Virus record (IMG/VR): IMGVR_UViG_3300045988_152050
DNA: 38,992 nt
Reading direction: 5' to 3' (one strand)
Source of the DNA: a virus
The notes under the pieces are model-generated. The model saw nothing but the letters and a program-made list of their open reading frames with translations. It was not told where the DNA came from and made no database searches. The position numbers were made by a program, and so were the translations under genes. Position 1 is the stretch's first letter, and each line of letters opens with the position of its first letter. Shown here piece by piece: positions 35,001-38,992 of the stretch.

Positions 35001-35372
35001 GGAAAAGACCTGAAATGCAAGAAGCAAATAAAAGAGGTAGAGAAATGTGCAAAGAGTGGCATCGCTCAAAAGAGGGGAGAGATTGGCACTCAAAACATCA
35101 AAAAGAATACATTGCCAAACTTCATATTACTAAAATATGTCCCGATTGCGGAAGAAGATTTAATACCCCAAACGACCACAGAGAGCAGACAATATGTCGA
35201 TGGTGTCGAGATAAGTACCTTAAAAGAGAACTACGCAGGAAAGCCAAAGAAAAGGGTTTATAATATAACAGTTCGAGCTGGTTGCTATTATGCAAATAAT
35301 ATTTTAGTATCAAATTGTGATGCAGCATCAATGGCCCATTCTATTTGGAGATACGCCGGGGGCGGACAATAA
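31935..35372 (+). CDS. terL: terminase large subunit precursor carrying two inteins (1145 aa; about 514 aa after splicing)
   Basis: Walker A PPRAGKTT. Removing the inserts restores GALI-CDDANKP (Walker B-like) and SHSHDDS-CDAASMAH (nuclease acidic motif). It is a single uninterrupted track ORF. Confidence 0.85.
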   Translation: MMASQKQKKQPKKQASPKKEQKNNTSLSGEINREYLGKTLLDAGFEVWFRYMFRVLEGKPFIIDRIHKDMFHVFDDLYNLRITRECMNIPPRAGKTTLCKYWLIYCLTKDPRCNFIYTSFSQMLLSDIAREVAQILEHPIYKELYGNGLYGVEEKEENPIDDFWREYLLKETGRAVYASKRIITAKGGQILFASIGSTITGFGAGIRGAKGFSGALICFPYDELVLTEKGYRKIGEIVENKEDIKVWSYNFEKERPELKRIERHIKNITPTKQCFVEVKLSNGKSFICTDNHKVWTKNRGYVEAKDLTSIDCVVTFSNPFYLVNTKVKNFCNFLSGNVLISDFFQSIRRKFNLFSGRIVNFFNKIFETFSCFDCLNSSGMTIKSKSNLFQTSFCFSNFFNIFSRKFGTRKNQSTKFNSILHIFRFSAISQIFKTIVRWIAIKVSNFYSFLLHANESPQNKLMNTNGKGFIIFSKINNLVTFSIRGIKSFFFELNNSSFISASRKYISRAAYNISKIGNSIKSIISGDVFVNNISVVCHNHTSYCLTVYENHNLYVGKCRVLVSNCDDANKPADIQSEVMREKVRKYYDETLLSRLNDSNVPIFNIQQRLHLGDLSGYLLEQYKFDSIIKPLLEPDGTCNIASQYTPERIKEISFNDTMFQAQYQQSPVAEKGNIIQRDWWGMYDADHTPIDGKLIITADTAYKKTKTADYSCFQVWELLRKEMRLRDMIVGKWEFPELLEKATQIWRKWTDDSLINPAAFMYIEDKASGISLEQTLIQSGINAICWKPKEYDYPEDKVGRTRELSWDVYRGLVKLKKDDKMSQYLVNEAALFAEDMSHSHDDSCFVAGTKVATIWGNKNIEDLKVGDLVITPWGLSPITRTTSRMKKVINNIGLTGTKDHKIYTTHDYSFDSLENVDYSMVSKLTIEELISWQIKSLYCSMAKNTIVTQRQDIMKIKSLLTEKEKHSGFIGLCMNFIREKKFLKAITFITKTKIKIITILAIWFFYQAVNTLNFMAKKPLKFGKDLKCKKQIKEVEKCAKSGIAQKRGEIGTQNIKKNTLPNFILLKYVPIAEEDLIPQTTTESRQYVDGVEISTLKENYAGKPKKRVYNITVRAGCYYANNILVSNCDAASMAHSIWRYAGGGQ
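32853..33548 (-). CDS. free-standing HNH homing endonuclease (NUMOD4 + HNH_3 + C-terminal HTH) encoded antisense inside TerL intein 1
   Basis: IPGYDGLYRVSNFGDV matches NUMOD4 and VHQLVLWAFVG...EVRHLNSNPSDDRLENLRYGTKSENMQD matches HNH_3. AAGAGGTG RBS lies 5 nt before ATG 33548. Its codons are exactly aligned with the forward TerL codons. Confidence 0.85.
   Translation of the reverse strand: MTNNANIIYKDIPGYDGLYRVSNFGDVISCSRDVFTGSGDKRRIIKLKEKRLNPSNRKGYKVVNLRKDNKTLTIGVHQLVLWAFVGVQQKGIEVRHLNSNPSDDRLENLRYGTKSENMQDAVELGTLVFSRSKLSRKDVEEIAKAKGSLKEIALAFNCHPGTVQAIKTRKSFKNFVKEINYTPRKKIELSSDALEKIRDKNIPRQEVAKIFNLSINQIKRIRKGNNTIYTC
33583..33611 (-). promoter_or_regulatory. candidate minus-strand promoter for the antisense HNH gene (TCGACA, 17 nt, TATGAT)
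   Basis: The reverse complement of 33606..33611 is TCGACA and that of 33583..33588 is TATGAT. It lies about 35 nt upstream of the HNH start codon. Confidence 0.3.
34464..35315 (+). mobile_element. TerL intein 2 (284 aa): Hint splicing blocks flanking an out-of-frame HNH gene
   Basis: It starts CFVAGTKVATIWG, has block B GTKDHKIYT, and has the C-terminal block VYNITVRAGCYYANNILVSN followed by Cys+1 (tgt 35316). Confidence 0.8.
34727..35263 (+). CDS. free-standing HNH endonuclease with C-terminal zinc ribbon, overprinted in a second forward frame inside TerL intein 2
   Basis: LHRVVYEFYSGKEIPKGYHIHHKDENKDNNDFSNLVLLSSSEHAKLH is an HNH motif, and CPDC...CRWC is a zinc ribbon. AGAGGA RBS lies 9 nt before ATG 34727. 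The frame is offset by 2 nt from terL. Confidence 0.85.
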   Translation: MANKIFILFNGKKYYRNPKTGYYENKIFAYGKRKTFRLHRVVYEFYSGKEIPKGYHIHHKDENKDNNDFSNLVLLSSSEHAKLHGKKTAEIWKRPEMQEANKRGREMCKEWHRSKEGRDWHSKHQKEYIAKLHITKICPDCGRRFNTPNDHREQTICRWCRDKYLKRELRRKAKEKGL

Positions 35373-35383
35373 AGGAAACACCA

Positions 35384-36847
35384 ATGACACGAAGAAACAA
35401 AAACAAATCGCAAAAAGTTGCTAACACCATTTTAACCGGAGCCGGAGCAAACACCACGCAAGACCGTGGAAGCCAGCAAACGGCGGCCATATATTCACGC
35501 AACCCATATTTTAGAAACGACTTTTACAGCCGTTGGCAAGAGTGGGTGCGTTGGTACAATACCAGTTGGGAAGCCGGAAAAATTGTGGATATTCCTGTGC
35601 AAGATGCATTCCGCATTCCGGTAAAGATTACCGGACTTGAACAACCGGACATTGAAGCCATCGAGAAGTACATGAAATATCTTGATGTCAACAACAACTT
35701 CAAGCGAGCCGCCACCATTGAGCGATTGCTTGGCGGTTGTGTCATTATTGTTGGTGTGAAAGATGAAAACGACAACCCGGAATCAGTTCTTGACCTAAAA
35801 AGACTAAAACAAGGCGGCATTACGTTCTTAAATGTCATCACAACCGAAAAAATCACGAAATGCGAATATGAAACAGACGTATTCAGCCCGGAATATGACA
35901 AGCCGAAATATTACATGATAAACGGCATAAAGACCCACGTCAGCCGATTGATTGTCTTTGATGGCGACCCATTGTTTAATCATACATCCATGAACCTTTT
36001 GCAAAACTTCCGCTACAATCCGGCAGGCTTTGGCGAGAGCGTATTATCCAGATTATATGATAGCCTTGTCCGTGCCACCGGAACGCAAGAGGGAGCATAT
36101 CACCTTGTGAACCTTGCCAGTGTTCTCTTGGTCAAATGCGAACGCTTTATTGACCTGCAAGCCACCAGACAAGGCAATGCCGCATTGAATATGCTTGATA
36201 AGATTGCCGAGCAACTGAGCATATATCGTGGAGCGGTTATTGATGGCAAAGGAACAGAGATAGCTCAACACTCCGCAACATTTGGCAGCGTGCCGGAGCT
36301 TTTGAACACATACCTACAAATTCTTGCGGCCGGCTCCGATATTCCGGCAACTCGTTTCTTGGGCGATAGTCCGTCAGGCTTAAACTCCACCGGAGAGAGC
36401 GACCTTGAAAACTACTACAACAATGTTGACAGCTACCAAACCACACGCTTGGAGCCAAAATATCGCAAAATGCTTGATATTATCGGCTCTTGCATTTGGG
36501 GCTTTAATGTCTGGAAAGAAAAATCGCAAAACCTAGAACTTGAGTTTGAGCCGCTTTGGAACATCAACAAAATGGATCAGGCAACTGTTGACAAGACCAG
36601 AGCAGACATTCTCCGTCAGTTCAAAGAAGACGGCATCATCAGCGACAAGCAATACGCCGAAGAAATCAATAGCAAGAAAATTCTTGATATTGAGCTGGAC
36701 GTTGAAGAATATGACGAAGACCGAGAAGAATTGATTGACGGCTCAGACATCCCCAGCTTGCGAGATGAAACCGACCGAGTAATTGATACCATAGGAGCTA
36801 AGCCGAATGTCGATAGCGGTGTTAAACAAGAAACCGGACAAGGTTAA
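35384..36847 (+). CDS. portal protein (DUF1073-like)
   Basis: About 487 aa, located directly after terL and before the Mu F-like gene. ATG 35384 follows AAAGGA. Confidence 0.75.
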   Translation: MTRRNKNKSQKVANTILTGAGANTTQDRGSQQTAAIYSRNPYFRNDFYSRWQEWVRWYNTSWEAGKIVDIPVQDAFRIPVKITGLEQPDIEAIEKYMKYLDVNNNFKRAATIERLLGGCVIIVGVKDENDNPESVLDLKRLKQGGITFLNVITTEKITKCEYETDVFSPEYDKPKYYMINGIKTHVSRLIVFDGDPLFNHTSMNLLQNFRYNPAGFGESVLSRLYDSLVRATGTQEGAYHLVNLASVLLVKCERFIDLQATRQGNAALNMLDKIAEQLSIYRGAVIDGKGTEIAQHSATFGSVPELLNTYLQILAAGSDIPATRFLGDSPSGLNSTGESDLENYYNNVDSYQTTRLEPKYRKMLDIIGSCIWGFNVWKEKSQNLELEFEPLWNINKMDQATVDKTRADILRQFKEDGIISDKQYAEEINSKKILDIELDVEEYDEDREELIDGSDIPSLRDETDRVIDTIGAKPNVDSGVKQETGQG

Positions 36848-37703
36848 AAAGAGCCAAAAGGCTAATCCGATAAAAACCCCGAAGACTTTGGAAGATGACG
36901 CTCGGATAAGCATTAACAAGATTGTGCGTGAGGTAAACGCCGAACTCCGCGCCATTTCGGATAATGCGAAGACGAACACGCCGGAGCAGACCGCCGCGCT
37001 CTTAAACGACTTCAAGCGCAGATGGCGGGTTATTATTGAGCCAATAGCCGATAAAATCAGCAAAGAGTGGGTAAAAGCCATTGATGAAAACAACTATGAA
37101 AAAACAATGGCTATGCTTCGTAAAGCCTTTGGCGTAGATATTGTCACTATATTGGAAGACAAAGACATCGCCGACACGCTTGAAGCCATGCGCCTCAACA
37201 TGGTAAACCTGATTGTAACCATACCGGAAGAAGCATTAAAAAGGGTTTCTCTGCGTATTTATGAAAACTACCAAGGGATACCTATGCCGGAAAACCGCAC
37301 GCTCCAGCAACAAATAAGCCAAGAGTTCAAAACAACATACAGGCAAGCCAAAGTCATCGCGCGCGACCAAACCGCCAAAGTCAATGCGTCATTAAATAAA
37401 ATCCGGCAGCAAAAGCTCGGCGTTGATATTTACATCTGGCAGACAATGAGAGATAGCCGGGTTGTCGGAAAGCCGGGCGGATTATACCCTAAAGGCAATG
37501 ACGCGCACGGCAACCACTACATTATGCAGGGTTTATACTGCAAATACAGCGACCAGACAGTATTTTCTACCGACGGCAAGACATGGCGGAAAAGGACGGC
37601 GACAATGCCAAAGGGCGAGCCGGGGACAGATATTCAATGCCGATGCTTTGCCGAACCGGTTTTATATTGGGAAGCCGTCAAAAAAAATCTTGTCGTGGCC
37701 TAA
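36807..37703 (+). CDS. Mu F / SPP1 gp7-like head morphogenesis protein
   Basis: C-terminal IWQTMRDSRVVGKPG...HGNHY...GEPGTDIQCRC matches the Phage_Mu_F signature. Confidence 0.75.
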   Translation: MSIAVLNKKPDKVKKSQKANPIKTPKTLEDDARISINKIVREVNAELRAISDNAKTNTPEQTAALLNDFKRRWRVIIEPIADKISKEWVKAIDENNYEKTMAMLRKAFGVDIVTILEDKDIADTLEAMRLNMVNLIVTIPEEALKRVSLRIYENYQGIPMPENRTLQQQISQEFKTTYRQAKVIARDQTAKVNASLNKIRQQKLGVDIYIWQTMRDSRVVGKPGGLYPKGNDAHGNHYIMQGLYCKYSDQTVFSTDGKTWRKRTATMPKGEPGTDIQCRCFAEPVLYWEAVKKNLVVA

Positions 37704-37712
37704 GAAAATCAA

Positions 37713-37740
37713 GCACTCTGTAAAAAGAGTGCATTTTTTT
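37713..37740 (+). terminator. Rho-independent terminator after the packaging genes
   Basis: Stem gcactct/agagtgc, loop gtaaaa, then aT7. Confidence 0.75.
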
Positions 37741-37761
37741 GCATAAATTATAAAAAAGTGC

Positions 37762-37790
37762 TTGCATATTACAATTATTTGTTATAACGT
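37762..37790 (+). promoter_or_regulatory. promoter of the TTGACAATTAC family (TTGCATATTAC, 17 nt, TAACGT)
   Basis: Hexamers at 37762..37767 and 37785..37790. Confidence 0.5.
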
Positions 37791-37821
37791 AAAGGACATA
37801 AAGACAATGAAAGGCTAAGAA

Positions 37822-38070
37822 ATGAGCAAAGAAAACTACAACAAACTTTTTTCTTGGTTCGAGGAAAACAAGTTTGAAAACGAGGGAGATTATCCCAGAG
37901 ATACGAACCTTGTATTCAGCTTTATGGATTATCTCGATAAAGCCGAGAACGAAGAAGAAATCGCCGATAAACTTGGCTTGGAATACAACGAAGAAACCGA
38001 AAGCTATGTCGGACTTGAGCAAGCCAAAGAAGAAATAACGAAAGGATGTACCACATGGCTGAACAGTTAG
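37822..38070 (+). CDS. small acidic hypothetical protein (82 aa)
   Basis: Track ORF with a GAAAGG RBS. Confidence 0.6.
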   Translation: MSKENYNKLFSWFEENKFENEGDYPRDTNLVFSFMDYLDKAENEEEIADKLGLEYNEETESYVGLEQAKEEITKGCTTWLNS

Positions 38071-38363
38071 ATAAATATGAGCTTGAGAGAAAAATCGAAA
38101 AGCTCGAGTTCCAAATTGAGACTTTGACCAAGCAAGCGGAACAAGATAACAAGATGATCGACAGGCAAGCCGATTTGAACTGTCGGTTGGAAGAAAAACT
38201 GAATAAAGCCATGGAAGCATTGGAAACGATTAAAACAGCAGCTACGTTTGGCAGAATAAAGGGATTGAACGTTGGTACACCTGACGGAATGAAATTGAAG
38301 TCAATAGCAAACTTGGCAGAAAAAGCAATTAAACAGATTAAAGGAGAAGATGACAATGATTAA
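38055..38363 (+). CDS. coiled-coil hypothetical protein
   Basis: Track ORF 38046..38363. ATG 38055 is better spaced from AAAGGA. Confidence 0.6.
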   Translation: MAEQLDKYELERKIEKLEFQIETLTKQAEQDNKMIDRQADLNCRLEEKLNKAMEALETIKTAATFGRIKGLNVGTPDGMKLKSIANLAEKAIKQIKGEDDND

Positions 38364-38502
38364 ACAGACTTACGAAGAAATGCACCGCCACTTTGATACC
38401 CACTACCAAGAGCCTGAAAAGAAGCTCAGCGGCGAAGATATGGTAATGGCTTTTTGTGTAGCTCTGGCTTTGGCTTTTATCTTTTGCGGAGTATGGATGT
38501 GA
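38356..38502 (+). CDS. small membrane protein (48 aa)
   Basis: My translation is MIKQTYEEMHRHFDTHYQEPEKKLSGEDMVMAFCVALALAFIFCGVWM. AAGGAG RBS. It is below the track cutoff. Confidence 0.45.
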   Translation: MIKQTYEEMHRHFDTHYQEPEKKLSGEDMVMAFCVALALAFIFCGVWM

Positions 38503-38620
38503 AACCGGAAACAAAGCAATACCTTGCCGACAAACTGCGGAAGAAAGCACGAGAGCGGCAGATAAGAGATAAGTTCAAGAAAAAGAACGACTGGAAAGAG
38601 TTTAGAACAAATATTAACAA

Positions 38621-38694
38621 TACCTGTTCTTCTAATGGTAGGAAAGCGGAATTTGACTCCGTTAATGGTGGTTCGAATCCATCACAGGTAGCCA
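38621..38694 (+). tRNA. tRNA-Gln (anticodon UUG), CCA encoded
   Basis: Hand-folded cloverleaf: acceptor TACCTGT/ACAGGTA, D arm TTCT-AATGGTA-GGAA, anticodon arm GCGGA-ATTTGAC-TCCGT, variable loop TAAT, T arm GGTGG-TTCGAAT-CCATC, discriminator G, then CCA. The U1-A72 pair and G73 fit bacterial Gln identity. Confidence 0.8.
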
Positions 38695-38713
38695 AGTTTA
38701 AAAGGAAAATAAA

Positions 38714-38992
38714 ATGAATACTATAGAAACATTAACAGAAGTATTTGCATTAGCAAGCGGTGCCGTAGATTTAGCTGATAAATTGATTGAAGTTACCAAA
38801 GGAAAGGGTAGAAAAGTTGATGGGTACTACGCTAAAATAGGCTCATCAGGGGACTCCGCTAAAATAGGCTCATCAGGGGACTCCGCTCAAATAGGCTCAT
38901 CAGGGGACTACGCTAAAATAGGCTCATCAGGGGACTCCGCTAAAATAGGCTCATCAGGGTACTCTGCTCAAATAGGCTCATCAGGGGACTCC
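38714..38992 (+). CDS. N-terminal part of the junction-spanning nonapeptide-repeat protein (continues at nt 3)
   Basis: AAGGA RBS. MNTIETLTEVFALASGAVDLADKLIEVTKGKGRKVDGYYA is followed by KIGSSGDSA-type repeats, with no stop before the window end. Confidence 0.8.
   Translation, partial: MNTIETLTEVFALASGAVDLADKLIEVTKGKGRKVDGYYAKIGSSGDSAKIGSSGDSAQIGSSGDYAKIGSSGDSAKIGSSGYSAQIGSSGDS
38834..38992 (+). repeat. 27-bp tandem repeat, right-edge copies (about 5.9 units)
   Basis: Same unit as at 1..161. The last 23 nt equal the first 23 nt of the window. Confidence 0.95.

Noticed and set aside
37678-38356. Minus-strand ORFs of 180 and 144 aa
   Set aside because: They run antisense across a terminator, a promoter and three + strand genes that have RBSs. 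Their products are Phe/Leu-rich, as expected from the antisense of K/E-rich genes.
38454-38717. Track ORFs 38454..38717 (+) and 38477..38695 (-)
   Set aside because: Both overlap a well-formed tRNA cloverleaf. The + ORF is kept only as an ambiguity in the tRNA finding.
1-38992. A temperate lifestyle (integrase, repressor, attachment site)
   Set aside because: No tyrosine or serine recombinase, transposase or CI-like repressor was recognised in any frame. Only small HTH proteins are present, and the terminal identity is explained by circular closure within a coding repeat.

Overview
The window appears to be a complete, circularly closed genome of about 39 kb from a contractile-tailed dsDNA phage of a Gram-negative host. 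The first 23 nt are identical to the last 23 nt. One gene made of 27-bp tandem repeats runs off the right edge and re-enters, in frame, at the left edge. Almost all genes are on the + strand, and no integrase or lysogeny module was recognised.

Gene order:
- A small-gene early region (37.8 kb, through the junction, to 2.5 kb). It holds a tRNA-Gln(UUG), the nonapeptide-repeat protein, an ASCH-like gene with an in-frame TAG, and a DUF2829/Tad2-like gene.
- A head module (2.6-8.1 kb): DUF2213-like protease/scaffold, HK97-fold major capsid, DUF4054 and gp10-like connectors.
- A tail and baseplate module (8.1-19.2 kb): sheath, tube, chaperone, tape measure, hub, spike, W/J/I-like wedge proteins and fibres.
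- A lysis cassette (19.4-21.5 kb): GH24 lysozyme and overlapped spanins.
- A recombination/replication/methylation region (21.5-31.5 kb): RNase H, PD-(D/E)XK exonuclease, RecT, VRR-NUC, an initiator with an internal iteron origin, a C5-methyltransferase, DnaA-C-like and GapR-like proteins, a decayed methylase and a GNAT.
- A packaging module (31.5-37.7 kb): TerS-like protein, TerL, portal and a Mu F-like protein.

The early and middle genes are organised as promoter-gene-terminator cassettes that share a conserved TTGACAATTA-type promoter.

The most unusual content is three inteins:
- One canonical LAGLIDADG intein sits exactly at the catalytic Cys of the C5-methyltransferase.
- Two inteins sit in the large terminase. 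Their endonuclease slot is not an in-frame domain; each holds a separate HNH homing-endonuclease gene with its own RBS and start codon.
- One HNH gene is codon-aligned on the antisense strand and the other is in a different forward frame. The TerL/intein frame stays open across both.
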